From: an uncultured delta proteobacterium
Lineage (GTDB): Bacteria; Myxococcota_A; Polyangia; Polyangiales; Polyangiaceae
DNA: 64,000 nt
Assembly: GCA_963782055.1 (NCBI GenBank)
Contig: CAWAIF010000003.1
Coordinates: 3,296,001-3,360,000, forward strand
Reading direction: 5' to 3'
The position numbers and the translations under genes were made by a program. Below are positions 28,724-38,680 of this stretch, piece after piece; the first letter of the stretch is position 1; each line of letters starts with the position of its first letter. The notes under the pieces were generated by a model. That model searched no databases. It was not told the DNA's origin and saw only the letters and a program-made list of their open reading frames with translations.

Positions 28724-29671
28724 TCAGAGATCCTGGGCGTCGAGGAGGGTGGCGCCGACCACGCGCACGGGGTGGGCGCCAATGTCGCTCACGTCGAAGC
28801 CGCCGCCGACGTAGCCGCCGTGCTCGTCGGCGCCAACCTTCGGCGTGACCGCGTGGCTGGCGCCGCTCGGCAGGGCGATCTTCACCCGCACCTGCACGCG
28901 CATCGCGAGGCCGTGGGAGCCGGGCGGGAGGTGCAGCGGCTTCTTGCGCAGCGCGCGCTCGCTCTGCCGGCCAATGTCCTCCCAGCTGCCGAAGTCGCTG
29001 GAGGACTGCTCCAGCGTGAGCGACAGCACTTTGCCCGAGGCGTCGACCCTCACCGAGAAGACGGCGTTGCCCTCCGAAGGGCCGGGGCTCAGGCGGGTGG
29101 CGTCCTCCAGCGCGGCGACCACCGGCCCCTGTCCGAGCGCTCCCACCGCGCGGTCGTGAGCGCGCAGCGGGTCCTGGATGGCGTGGCGGATGCGCTCCTG
29201 CAGCTGCGCGAGGGTGCCGGCGTCGAGGCCAGCCGCCGCCGTCTGCATGCTGAAGGAGCCAGGGCCCGTCAGCCCGATGACGCCCTGGTCGGGGACGAAG
29301 AGGCTCGCGGGCGGGCCCGAGGAGGCGGAGGCGGACGGGGCGGGCAGGCCCTCCATATTCATCGAGCCGCTGCTGTGGTCCGGGGAGGATCGGGCTTGGC
29401 TCGTGGAGGCCATCGCCAGCAGGCCGGCCGTGGGTGGCCCGTCCGCCATCATCCCCGTCGGCGTCCGATCGTCAGCGTGCTTGCGCTCCGGGGCGGCGGG
29501 CCGTGCGGCGCGAGCGGCAGGCCCATCGTCCAGGGTGATCTCGATGGCGGGCGGGGGAGGGGCCTCCGGCACGGGCTCCGGCTTCGCGTGATGGAGGACC
29601 ACCAGCGCGGCCAGCACCGCATGCGCCACGCCCGTCCCGACCCACGATGCGATCTCCCCGCGGCTGGCCAC
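28724..29671 (-). CDS. Single-pass membrane protein with Pro-rich linker and TonB-C-terminal-like domain
   Basis: N-terminal TM containing His (GVAHAVLAALVVL), PEPVPEAPPPP, VFSVRVDASGKVLSL..EQSS. Confidence 0.5.
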   Translation of the reverse strand: MASRGEIASWVGTGVAHAVLAALVVLHHAKPEPVPEAPPPPAIEITLDDGPAARAARPAAPERKHADDRTPTGMMADGPPTAGLLAMASTSQARSSPDHSSGSMNMEGLPAPSASASSGPPASLFVPDQGVIGLTGPGSFSMQTAAAGLDAGTLAQLQERIRHAIQDPLRAHDRAVGALGQGPVVAALEDATRLSPGPSEGNAVFSVRVDASGKVLSLTLEQSSSDFGSWEDIGRQSERALRKKPLHLPPGSHGLAMRVQVRVKIALPSGASHAVTPKVGADEHGGYVGGGFDVSDIGAHPVRVVGATLLDAQDL

Positions 29672-29701
29672 GCGCGAGTCATAGCGCGTCCGCGCCCCGG
29701 T

Positions 29702-30382
29702 TCATTCCCTTTCGAGACAGGTCGCGTCGTTCTCGAACAGGGGCGGCTCCACCACCAGCCCCCCCGGCCTGGCGGCGCGCGCCTCGATGAGGCCGACGCG
29801 CGCCGGGCGGCCGGCCCCGCCGTGGACCATGCGCAGGCGCTTGGGCTCCAGCCCGGCCTCCCGCAGCGTGAGCAGGGCCCGCGCCAGATCACGCGCCGGA
29901 TAGACGAAGCAGGCGCGACCGCGCCTGCCGAGCAGGGTGCGCGCCGCGCGCACGAAGCGCACGAAGGGGCCGACGCGCGCGGTGGCGGCCGTCCGCGGCG
30001 CCCGCGCCGTGCCGGGCTCGAAGTAGGGTGGGTTGCAGACCACCAGCGCCGCCTCTCCGCGACGCGCCAAGGCCACGCGGAGCACGTCCCCGCGCACGAC
30101 CTCCGCGCGGGCGCCCAGGCCGTTCTCCTCCGCGTTGCGGCGGGCGAGCACGACGCTCGTCGGGTCGACCTCGACGAAGACGACGCGTCGCGGGCGGCTG
30201 CGCGCGCACACGGCGAGCCCGACCGCGCCCACACCGGCGCCCAGGTCGAAGACCACGCCGCGCGCGTCGCCGGCGAAGGCGGCGAGCAGCAAGGCGTCGG
30301 CGTTGACGCGATAACCCTCCCCGCGCGCGGGCTGCTCGAGCCAGATTTGCCCGCCGAGCAGCGCGTCGCGCGTGGTGGTCAC
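29702..30382 (-). CDS. tRNA1(Val) adenine37-N6-methyltransferase-like (TrmN6/YfiC family)
   Basis: GYRVNADALLLA, DLGAGVGAVGL, VVCNPPYF, EPKRLRMVH; GTGA overlap with the upstream gene. Confidence 0.8.
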   Translation of the reverse strand: MTTTRDALLGGQIWLEQPARGEGYRVNADALLLAAFAGDARGVVFDLGAGVGAVGLAVCARSRPRRVVFVEVDPTSVVLARRNAEENGLGARAEVVRGDVLRVALARRGEAALVVCNPPYFEPGTARAPRTAATARVGPFVRFVRAARTLLGRRGRACFVYPARDLARALLTLREAGLEPKRLRMVHGGAGRPARVGLIEARAARPGGLVVEPPLFENDATCLERE

Positions 30383-31536
30383 TGCTGCCAGGGACGGCGT
30401 CCGCGGATGGATAGGGCGGTGACCGCGCCGGGGTAGACCTGCACGATGTACGTGCCGACCAGCACCTTCTGGCCCTGGTAGAGGCCCACCGCGCTGACGC
30501 GGATGGGGGTGCCCGTCGGGTAGTTGAGGCCGCCGAACAGGCCGAGCTTGCTGGTGCCCAGGCCCGGCGCGGTGCGGGTCTTGTCGGGCAGCGGGTCGGA
30601 TTCGTTCTCGCCGAAGTAGAAGATGTCGCCCTCCGGCCGGTAGTCGGTGTTGACGGTGGCGCCGGAGAGGCGCACGTCGCCGCAGTCGTGGATCTCGCCG
30701 GCGATGACGCCTTCGTTCGGCTTGACGGTGAAGCCGCCGGCGGCGGACGCCACGGTGTTCACGTCGGTCGCCGCGACGGCGTTGGCGTCGTACTCGACGT
30801 ACGGCACGCCCGCGTCGGCGTCGTTCTGCACCTTGGAGTTGGCGAAGTAGACGTTGTAGTCGTAGAGCTCGCTCCACTTCTGCGACGCGTTCGCGTCGGA
30901 GGTCTTGACGATGAGGGGCGTCTCCGTCGGCACGCCGTCGTACTTGAAGTGGCGCAGCGTGCAGCCGTCCTGCGGGCACTTGGTCGACCAGGTGGGCTTG
31001 GGGTCCATGTACGGGTCGGTGTCCATGGTGACGACCGGGGTGCCCACCAGCGCGCCGAGCGCGCCGTTGGCGCCCTCCTTGAAGATCTCGATCTTCACAC
31101 CCGAGGAGTCGTCCCCTGTGGAGAAGAGCTTCACGTAGCCCTCGATGGAGACGTCCTGCGGCGTGCCGAGGGTGCCGGGGTTGTCCAGGCAGCCAAGGTC
31201 CACGTCCGTCTGGCCGGCGGGCGCGGAGAAGTAGTGCAGGCCGGTCGCGCGCGCGAGCTCCGTCTTGGGCTCCTGGACGTAGTCGCAGCAGGCGTTGATG
31301 GGCTTGCTGTCAGTGCACTGCAGCGGCGGGGTCACGTTGGGGAACTGGCACGGCGTGCAGGCCGCGTAGCCGTTCTTGGTGAGCGTCGGGTTTGCGGTCT
31401 CCGACGCGCAGGTGGCGCTGCCGCCGTCGCCTCCGCCGGCATCGGGCCCGACGGTGTTGTTGTGACTGGAGCAGGCAAGGAGAGTCAGCGCCGGCACGAG
31501 GGCGCGGCGGCAAAAGCGAAAGAGTGTCATCATCAT
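30379..31536 (-). CDS. Cys-rich lipoprotein, hypothetical
   Basis: Lipobox LLAC; multiple Cys; beta-rich; coupled to the downstream methyltransferase. Confidence 0.65.
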   Translation of the reverse strand: MMMTLFRFCRRALVPALTLLACSSHNNTVGPDAGGGDGGSATCASETANPTLTKNGYAACTPCQFPNVTPPLQCTDSKPINACCDYVQEPKTELARATGLHYFSAPAGQTDVDLGCLDNPGTLGTPQDVSIEGYVKLFSTGDDSSGVKIEIFKEGANGALGALVGTPVVTMDTDPYMDPKPTWSTKCPQDGCTLRHFKYDGVPTETPLIVKTSDANASQKWSELYDYNVYFANSKVQNDADAGVPYVEYDANAVAATDVNTVASAAGGFTVKPNEGVIAGEIHDCGDVRLSGATVNTDYRPEGDIFYFGENESDPLPDKTRTAPGLGTSKLGLFGGLNYPTGTPIRVSAVGLYQGQKVLVGTYIVQVYPGAVTALSIRGRRPWQQ

Positions 31537-31610
31537 CCCCGAACGGAACGTGGTCGCCCCACGCAGGCGGCCGGAGCCCGAGAGCCCAGGCGCAGCAGAA
31601 CATAGCGGAA

Positions 31611-32693
31611 ATGGCCTCTTTCGTCAGCCCGGCCGGGTCTTTTCGTCGTCTCGCCCTCGCGGTTCGTGCCCGCGCCGAGGCGCTTGGCTTCGACGCGGTG
31701 GGGATCGCCGCGGCGACCCCGCCGCTGCAGCAGGATCACGAGCGCTACCGCGCGTTCCTCGAGGAGGGGATGCACGGGGAGATGGAGTACCTGGCGGCGT
31801 CACCGGAGGTGCGTGCGCGGGTGGACACCTCGGACATCCTGGAGGGTGCGCGGAGCGTGGTGTGTCTGGCGCGCCGCTACCAGCGTCCGGTGGGGGAGGA
31901 GGCGCAGGACCCGCCCTTCGCCAGGCGCATCGCCCGCTACGCGCGCGGCCGCGACTACCACAACGGGCTGCGCAAGAAGCTCCGCCAGCTCGCGCGGTTC
32001 GTCCGCGGGCTCGGGCCGGAGGTGCGTGCGCGGCCGCTCTGCGACGACGCGCCGGTGCTGGAGCGCGCGTGGGCGGCGCGCGCCGGGCTCGGCTTCGTCG
32101 GCAAGAACGGCATGCTCATCGTCCCGGGCCAGGGGTCCTTCGTGCTGCTCGGGGAGGTCGTCACCACGCTCGAGCTGGAGCCGGACGCGCCGGTGCCGGG
32201 CCGCTGCGGGGAGTGCACGGCATGTCTGGACGCGTGCCCGACGGGCGCGCTCGTGCGCCCCTTCGTGCTCGACGCGCGCCGGTGCGTCTCGTACCTGACC
32301 ATCGAGCTGCGCGGCCCTGTCCCGGAGTCGCAGCGCGCCGGCGTGGGCGAGCACCTCTTCGGCTGCGACGACTGCCAGACCGTCTGCCCCTTCAACCGCT
32401 CGGAACGCCCGCGCGCCGGCGCCACCGCCGCGTTCGCGCCGCACGCACGCTGGGCGGAGACGTCCCTCGAGGACCTCCTCGCCCCGGACCTTTCCGCGCG
32501 CTGGCCGGAGCTCGCCCAGGGCAGCCCGCTGCACCGCGCCACCCCGGAGGGCCTCGCCCGCAACGCCGCGATCATCCTCGGCAACACTGGCCAGGGCGAG
32601 GAGGCGCTCCGCACCGCCGCGGCCTCCCACCCCTCGCCCGTCGTACGAGACGCCGCCGCCTGGTCCCTCTCGCGCCCGCGCCCTCCGAGATAG
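31611..32693 (+). CDS. queG: Epoxyqueuosine reductase
   Basis: IARYARGRDYH, APVLERAWA, GKNGMLI, CGECTACLDACP, CVSYLTIE, GCDDCQTVCP. Confidence 0.95.
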   Translation: MASFVSPAGSFRRLALAVRARAEALGFDAVGIAAATPPLQQDHERYRAFLEEGMHGEMEYLAASPEVRARVDTSDILEGARSVVCLARRYQRPVGEEAQDPPFARRIARYARGRDYHNGLRKKLRQLARFVRGLGPEVRARPLCDDAPVLERAWAARAGLGFVGKNGMLIVPGQGSFVLLGEVVTTLELEPDAPVPGRCGECTACLDACPTGALVRPFVLDARRCVSYLTIELRGPVPESQRAGVGEHLFGCDDCQTVCPFNRSERPRAGATAAFAPHARWAETSLEDLLAPDLSARWPELAQGSPLHRATPEGLARNAAIILGNTGQGEEALRTAAASHPSPVVRDAAAWSLSRPRPPR

Positions 32694-32803
32694 CGTTCTC
32701 CCCTTCGCCCTCCGTGTCGCCGCCCGGTAGCCTGGCGACTGGATGGAGTGTCGCCGTCCCGCGGGTCCTGTGGTCGGTCGCCCTCGACGACGACGGCACC
32801 GGA

Positions 32804-32901
32804 GAAGCACGTGCTTCCTCCCTCACTCGCCCTGCCACCTGTCCGGGGACACCCCCCCCTGCCACCTGTCCGGGGACACCCCCCAGGGCCACCCTGCCAC
32901 C
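32804..32901. repeat. Perfect 14-bp palindrome plus two 27-bp direct repeats and a partial third
   Basis: GAAGCACGTGCTTC at 32804-32817; cctgccacctgtccggggacacccccc at 32831 and 32858; ccctgccacc at 32892. Confidence 0.85.
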
Positions 32902-33003
32902 CACGTTTGGAGGCCAGATCGTTAGCGAGCACATGAAAGGCCGCCTAAACGTGTGGGGAGGAGGGGGGGATGGGGGGGCATGGGGTGTGCAGTGGGGGGA
33001 GGG

Positions 33004-33510
33004 ATGGATGCCATCATGTTCGGGCTCAAGCGGGCCTATCAGTCGACGCTCACGCTCGGGCGCGCCATCTGCTCCAAGTTCGCGCCGGGGCTCACGCCGG
33101 CGCGGCTCGACATGCTCTACGCGATACACGACAACGCGATGAACTACGTGACGCAGATGAAGCTGCGCCGGCTGCTCGGCGTGTCCCGGCCCACCGTCAG
33201 CCGCATGCTCAAGTCGCTCGAGGGGCTCGGCTGGGTGGAGCGCAGCCCGGGGCCATACCTGGACCGGCGCACCCGCAAGGTGAGGCTCACCGAGCGCGGC
33301 GTCGCGCTGCTCAAGCGCGTGCTCGCCGCCATCCTGGCCACCAGGATGGTGAAGTTCGTCGTCGACGTGTCGCTGACGATGGGGCGATTTTGGGACGCCG
33401 GCCGCTGCCTGGTGGAGCGCGATCGCACCGAGGGCATCCTCCAGCGCATTCGCAGCGACTTCGGAGACACCGCGAGCCTGTACTACCCCTGGGACCACCC
33501 CGACGACTGA
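33004..33510 (+). CDS. MarR family transcriptional regulator
   Basis: GLTPARLDML, LGVSRPTVSRMLKSLEGLGWVER, DRRTRKVRLTERG. Confidence 0.88.
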   Translation: MDAIMFGLKRAYQSTLTLGRAICSKFAPGLTPARLDMLYAIHDNAMNYVTQMKLRRLLGVSRPTVSRMLKSLEGLGWVERSPGPYLDRRTRKVRLTERGVALLKRVLAAILATRMVKFVVDVSLTMGRFWDAGRCLVERDRTEGILQRIRSDFGDTASLYYPWDHPDD

Positions 33511-33574
33511 GGCGCTCCGGCGTCGTTTCCGTTGCATGGAAACCGGCCTGTTCCCCGTCCAACCGTGGTAAGCC

Positions 33575-34888
33575 ATGCCCATGCAGACTGCACGCATCTC
33601 CGCGCGCGCGGCGTGCGCCGCCGCACTTCTGGCGGTCGCGCTGGGGAGCGCCCCGGCCCACGCACAGGTCTCGGCGGTCGATCCGGCTCGCGCCGCCGCG
33701 CACGCCCACCCGTCGGACGTGAACGCGTCCATCGCCCTAGGCAAGGCCCTGCGCCGAGCCGGCCGCGACCGCGAGGCGCTGGCCGAACTCCGCCGTGGCG
33801 CGAGCACCGTCTCCGGCCGCCGCGGCCCGGGCGCCATCGCGGTCCACTGGGAGATCGCCCGCACGTACATCGCCGAGCGCAACTTCGCGCAGGCCATGGT
33901 CGCCTGCCGCGTCGTCGGTGCGCAGACGGGCGGCGCGGCTGCAGGTCACGCCTGCGCCGCGGAGGCGCACCTGCTCTGGCGCCGCGCGAGCGAGGCGCTC
34001 GGCGAGACGGCGGCCGCGCTCGCCGGCGGCAACAAGTCGTACGACGCGAAGGTCTCGGAGGGCCGCGCCTACGCGCTCCAGCTCAAGGACGCGCAGGCGG
34101 AGGCGTCCTTCCGCGCCGCCATCGGGTGGAAGCCGGACGCGCCGGAGGCGCACCTGTATCTCGGCCGCTTCCTGGTGGACACGCACAAGACCGACCAGGG
34201 CATCCCCGAGCTTCGCAAGGCGGCCCAGCTCGACCCGAGCGGGCCAGAGGCCGCCTACGAGCTCGGACGCGCCCTGGGCGCCACGGCCGATGGGCTCGCC
34301 GCCCTGCAGCGCGCCACGCGCGAGCGCCCCGGCTTCCTGAAGGCGTGGGTGAAGCTGGCGGAGGTCGACCTGGCGCTCGGCAAGACGACCGACGCGCGCG
34401 TCGCCGCGCAGGCCGCGCTCAAGATCGCCGGGCAGGACGCGAGCGCACACATCGTCGTGGGTCGCGTCGACCTGGCCGAGGGCAAGGTCGACGAGGCGCT
34501 CGCCGAGGCGCGCACCGCCCTCGGTGTGCTGGCCAACTCCGCCGGCGCCAAGCTGCTGATGGCCGACGCCTACGCGAAGAAGGGCGAGATCGATCTGGCG
34601 CTGGAGGCCTACCAGGCCGCCGCAAGCTACGACCGCCTGGACCCGGCGCCGCTCGTCCACGCCGCCGAGGCGTGCATCAAGGCGCAGCGACTCACCAGCG
34701 CGCGCGCCTACGCGCAGAAGGTCACGAAGGACTTCGCCGACTGGGGCCCCGGCTGGGTCGCCCTGGGCGACACCCTCGCCGCCGACCACGACCCGGCCGG
34801 CGCGCGCGCCGCGTACACCAAGGCCCTGCAGAGCAAGGGACCGGTGGACGCCGCCGCCGTGCGCGCGAAGCTCGCCCGCCTGCGCTGA
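33575..34888 (+). CDS. Exported TPR-repeat protein
   Basis: Signal peptide (..AHA-Q) followed by many TPR helix pairs. Confidence 0.8.
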   Translation: MPMQTARISARAACAAALLAVALGSAPAHAQVSAVDPARAAAHAHPSDVNASIALGKALRRAGRDREALAELRRGASTVSGRRGPGAIAVHWEIARTYIAERNFAQAMVACRVVGAQTGGAAAGHACAAEAHLLWRRASEALGETAAALAGGNKSYDAKVSEGRAYALQLKDAQAEASFRAAIGWKPDAPEAHLYLGRFLVDTHKTDQGIPELRKAAQLDPSGPEAAYELGRALGATADGLAALQRATRERPGFLKAWVKLAEVDLALGKTTDARVAAQAALKIAGQDASAHIVVGRVDLAEGKVDEALAEARTALGVLANSAGAKLLMADAYAKKGEIDLALEAYQAAASYDRLDPAPLVHAAEACIKAQRLTSARAYAQKVTKDFADWGPGWVALGDTLAADHDPAGARAAYTKALQSKGPVDAAAVRAKLARLR

Positions 34889-34938
34889 GCTCGGGCCGGC
34901 GCGCCGCGACGCCCTGGTGTCCCGGACAGAGAGGGGGG

Positions 34939-35961
34939 TCAGGCGTGCAGCCGACGAAAGGCTTCGATGAGGCGTTCGGTCGCCGTGTACGGGTCGATCG
35001 CGCGCGACTCCACCGCCTGCACCGCGGCGTCGAGCTCGGCGGCGAGATCCTCGGTGGCCGCATCGATGAGCGCCTCCCGCAGCGTCTCGCGCACCTCCTC
35101 GGCCAGCCGCGCGTGCTTTCGCGCTCGGCCCGGCGCGGTGCCCACGACCCACTCGCGGTGGCGCTCGAGCGCGGCCACCAGCTCGGCCACGCCCTCGTTG
35201 CGCGTGGCCACGCACCGCACGATGGGCGGGGTCCAGCGCTCCGGCGGGGAACTCCCCGCGTGCAGCCCGGCGGCCTCGCCGTGCACGACGTGCCCCCGCT
35301 GCTTGCCCGCGGCGATCAGCGAGCTCCCGCCGAGCGCGAGCATCAGCTCCAGGTCCCGCACCGTGGCGTCGGCGCCGTCGCGGTCCGCCTTGTTCACGGC
35401 GAAGACGTCGGCCGACTCCATCAGCCCCGCCTTGATCGCCTGCACATCGTCGCCCATGCCGGGCGCCATCACCACCAGCGTCGTGTGGGCGGTGCGCGTG
35501 ATCTCCAGCTCGTCCTGCCCCACGCCCACCGTCTCCACCAGCACCACCTCGCTGCCGAAGGCGTCCAGCACCCGCACCAGATCCCGCGCCGAGCGGGAGA
35601 GGCCACCCAGGTGCCCGCGCGTCGCCACCGAGCGGATGAAGACGCCCGGGTCGGTGGAGTGACGATTCATCCGGATGCGATCCCCCAGGATGGCGCCGCC
35701 CGAGTAGGGGCTCGTCGGGTCCACCGCGACGACGCCCACCGTCTTGCCGGCGGCGCGGTACGCCTCGATGAGCCGGTCGCACAGGGTGGACTTGCCCGCG
35801 CCGGGGTTGCCCGTCACCCCCACGACGAACGCCTTGCCCGTGTAAGGGAAGAGGTCCTTGAGGACCTCCACCGCGAGCGGCACTCGGTCGTCGACGAGGC
35901 GCATGGCGCGCGCGGCAGCCCGAACGTTGCCGTCCAGGATCCGCCGCGCGAGCTCGTGCAT
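34939..35961 (-). CDS. meaB: MeaB/ArgK GTPase (B12-mutase chaperone)
   Basis: GNPGAGKST, AVDPTSPYSGGAILGDRIRM, ETVGVGQ, VNKAD. Confidence 0.92.
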   Translation of the reverse strand: MHELARRILDGNVRAAARAMRLVDDRVPLAVEVLKDLFPYTGKAFVVGVTGNPGAGKSTLCDRLIEAYRAAGKTVGVVAVDPTSPYSGGAILGDRIRMNRHSTDPGVFIRSVATRGHLGGLSRSARDLVRVLDAFGSEVVLVETVGVGQDELEITRTAHTTLVVMAPGMGDDVQAIKAGLMESADVFAVNKADRDGADATVRDLELMLALGGSSLIAAGKQRGHVVHGEAAGLHAGSSPPERWTPPIVRCVATRNEGVAELVAALERHREWVVGTAPGRARKHARLAEEVRETLREALIDAATEDLAAELDAAVQAVESRAIDPYTATERLIEAFRRLHA

Positions 35962-36067
35962 GCGTGCTCTATAACACGGCTGGCGCCGTCGCCTTCACGC
36001 GGCGGCGCTCACTCCGCTCTTGCCGTCGATCGCGATGACCGCGAGCGCGCCCTCCGCGTTGCCGCCT

Positions 36068-37732
36068 TCACCGAAGGCGCTTGTAGCGGTTGATCAGGCC
36101 GTTGGTGGACGCGTCGTGCGAGCTCACCTCCCCCGCGCCCTCCAGCTCCGGGATGATCGCCTTGGCGAGCTGCTTGCCCAGCTCCACCCCCCACTGGTCG
36201 AAGCTGTAGATGTTCCAGACGATCCCCTGCACGAAGATCTTGTGCTCGTACGCGGCGACCAGCTGCCCCAGCACCCGCGGCGTGATCTCCGGCACCATGA
36301 ACGAGCTCGTCGGCCGGTTCCCGGTGAACGTCTTGTGCGGCACCAGCGCCTCGATGCGCTCCTTCGGCGTCCCCGCCTTCTCCAGCTCCGCGCGCACCTC
36401 CTCGCCCGTCTTGCCCTTCATCAGCGCCTCGGTCTGCGCGAAGTAGTTGGCGAGCAGGAGCTCGTGGTGCTTGCCCATCGGGTTGTGCGTCTTGACCGGC
36501 GCGATGAAGTCGCACGGGATGACGCGCGTGCCCTGGTGAATGAGCTGGTAGAAGGCGTGCTGCCCGTTGGTGCCCGGCTCGCCCCAGATGACCGGGCCGG
36601 TGTCGTAGTCGGTGATGCGCCGGCCGGCGCGGTCCACGCCCTTGCCGTTGGACTCCATGTCTCCCTGCTGGAAGTACGCGGGGAAGCGGTGCATGTACTG
36701 GTCGTAGGGGAGGATGGCGTGCGTCTGCGCGTCGAAGAAGTTGGAGTACCAGACCCCCAGCATGCCCATGATGGCCGGGAGGTTCTTCTCCAGCGGGGCC
36801 GCGCGGAAGTGCTCGTCCATTGCGTGGGCGCCGGCGAGCAGCTCCTCGAAGTGGTCCATGCCGACCACGCAGGCGATGGAGAGGCCGATGGCGCTCCAGA
36901 AGGAGTAGCGGCCGCCGACCCAGTCCCAGAAGACGAACATGTTGTCCGGGTCGATGCCGAACTTCTGCACCTCCTTCGCGTTGGTCGAGACCGCGACGAA
37001 GTGCTTGGCGACGGCGTCGTCGCCCGCGCCGAGCTTCTCCAGCAGCCACTTCCGGGCGCTCGTGGCGTTCGTCATCGTCTCCAGGGTGGTGAAGGTCTTG
37101 GAGGCGACGATGAAGAGCGTGGACGCGGGGTCGAGCTCGCGCACCGTCTCCGCGAGGTGGGTGCCGTCCACGTTGGAGACGAAGTGCGCGCGCATGGGCG
37201 ACTCGCCCGGCTTGCGCCCCTGCCAGTACGGTCTGAGCGCCTCGGTCACCATCACCGGGCCGAGGTCCGAGCCGCCGATGCCGATGTTCACCACGTCGGT
37301 GATCCGCTTGCCGGTGTGGCCCTTCCAGTCGCCGGAGCGCAGGCGGTCCGTGAAGCCGCGCATCTTGGCGAGCACCGCGTTCACCTCGGGCATCACGTCC
37401 TTGCCGTCGACCAGGATGGGGCGGTTTCCGCGGTTGCGCAGCGCGACGTGCAGCACCGCGCGGTCCTCGGTGCCGTTCAGCTTCTTGCCCCCGAACATCT
37501 GCCCGATGGCCTCGTGCACCTTCGCCTGGCGGGCCAGGTCGAAGAGCAGCTTCATCGTCTCGGCGGTGACGCGGTGCTTGGAGTAGTCGAGGAAGACGTC
37601 GCCGACCTCGATGGAGAGCGCGTCCGCGCGCTTCGGGTCCTCCGCAAAGAGCGTGCGCATGTGCACGCCGGCCATCTTCTTGTGGTGCTCGGCGAGGGCG
37701 CGCCACGCCGGCGACTCGGTCAGTTCGCTCAT
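36068..37732 (-). CDS. pgi: Glucose-6-phosphate isomerase
   Basis: [52 protein letters not shown]. Confidence 0.98.
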   Translation of the reverse strand: MSELTESPAWRALAEHHKKMAGVHMRTLFAEDPKRADALSIEVGDVFLDYSKHRVTAETMKLLFDLARQAKVHEAIGQMFGGKKLNGTEDRAVLHVALRNRGNRPILVDGKDVMPEVNAVLAKMRGFTDRLRSGDWKGHTGKRITDVVNIGIGGSDLGPVMVTEALRPYWQGRKPGESPMRAHFVSNVDGTHLAETVRELDPASTLFIVASKTFTTLETMTNATSARKWLLEKLGAGDDAVAKHFVAVSTNAKEVQKFGIDPDNMFVFWDWVGGRYSFWSAIGLSIACVVGMDHFEELLAGAHAMDEHFRAAPLEKNLPAIMGMLGVWYSNFFDAQTHAILPYDQYMHRFPAYFQQGDMESNGKGVDRAGRRITDYDTGPVIWGEPGTNGQHAFYQLIHQGTRVIPCDFIAPVKTHNPMGKHHELLLANYFAQTEALMKGKTGEEVRAELEKAGTPKERIEALVPHKTFTGNRPTSSFMVPEITPRVLGQLVAAYEHKIFVQGIVWNIYSFDQWGVELGKQLAKAIIPELEGAGEVSSHDASTNGLINRYKRLR

Positions 37733-37865
37733 CTTGGCCTCCAGTGTTCCCGCCCTCCGGGCGGACCTTGCGGTTTCGTGAAGCAGTTCCCTCCAGGTCG
37801 CAACGCCCGACGCGTAGCGAAGGGCCGCGCGTGCCGCCCCTGCGACCAGGGGGCGCGATGGTAGG

Positions 37866-38667
37866 TCAGCTCGTGGCGCGAGCCCAGGGTCGCGGGCGCG
37901 AGGCCTTTCGCCCCACGTTCTCCGCGTGAAATGCGCTCGGGCACAGATCGTTGACGGGGCAAGTGTCGCACGCGGGCTTGCGCGCGGTGCAGATGCGCCG
38001 CCCGTGGAAGATGAGCACGTGGCTGGTGCGGTCCCACGCCTCGCGCGGGAGCAGCTTCATCAGGTCCTGCTCGATGTCCACCGGGTCGGTGTGCTTCGTC
38101 CAGCCGAGGCGCTGCGCGATGCGCTGCACGTGCGTGTCGACGACGACGCCCTCCGGCGCGCCGAACGCCACGCCCAAGACCACGTTCGCCGTCTTGCGGC
38201 CGACGCCCGGGAGCTTCACCAGCTCGGCGAGCGTGCGCGGGACCTCGCCGCCGTGCGCGTCCACGATGCCGCGGGAGAGCCCGACGATGGACTTCGCCTT
38301 CTGCCGGAAGAAGCCGAGCGTGCTCGTGTAGGGCTCGACGTCCTGGGGCTCGGCGGCGGCGAGGGCGCGCGCGTCGGGGTATTTCGCGAAGAGCGCCGGC
38401 GTCGCCTTGTTGACGTTCACGTCGGTGGTCTGGGCGCTCAGCACCGTGGCGACGAGCAGCTCGAAGGCGCTCCGGTGGTCCAGCTCGCAGTGCGCGTCGG
38501 CGTGGTGCTTCGACAGCCGCTCGAACATGACGAGCGCCGTCTCGCGCGTGACCAGCTTCGGCCCGCGCGCCGCCTTCTTTTCGCTTCGCCGGCTTCGCCG
38601 GCTTCGCCGGGGCGCGCTTCGCCGCCGCCGTCGTCCTCTTCGCGGGCTGCTTCTTCTTCGCGGCCAC
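37866..38667 (-). CDS. nth: Endonuclease III with Lys/Ala-rich N-terminal tail (apparent +1 frameshift at 38578-38581; core intact from ATG 38528)
   Basis: [48 protein letters not shown]. Confidence 0.9.
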
Positions 38668-38680
38668 GGGCGCGCTCCGT

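Noticed and set aside
27662..28782. Minus-strand ORFs with repetitive [15 protein letters not shown] peptides
   Set aside because: They are translations of the 47-bp repeat (period not a multiple of 3) and overlap real genes in antisense.
34939..35961. meaB without an adjacent mutase
   Set aside because: Unlinked meaB genes are common; not informative.
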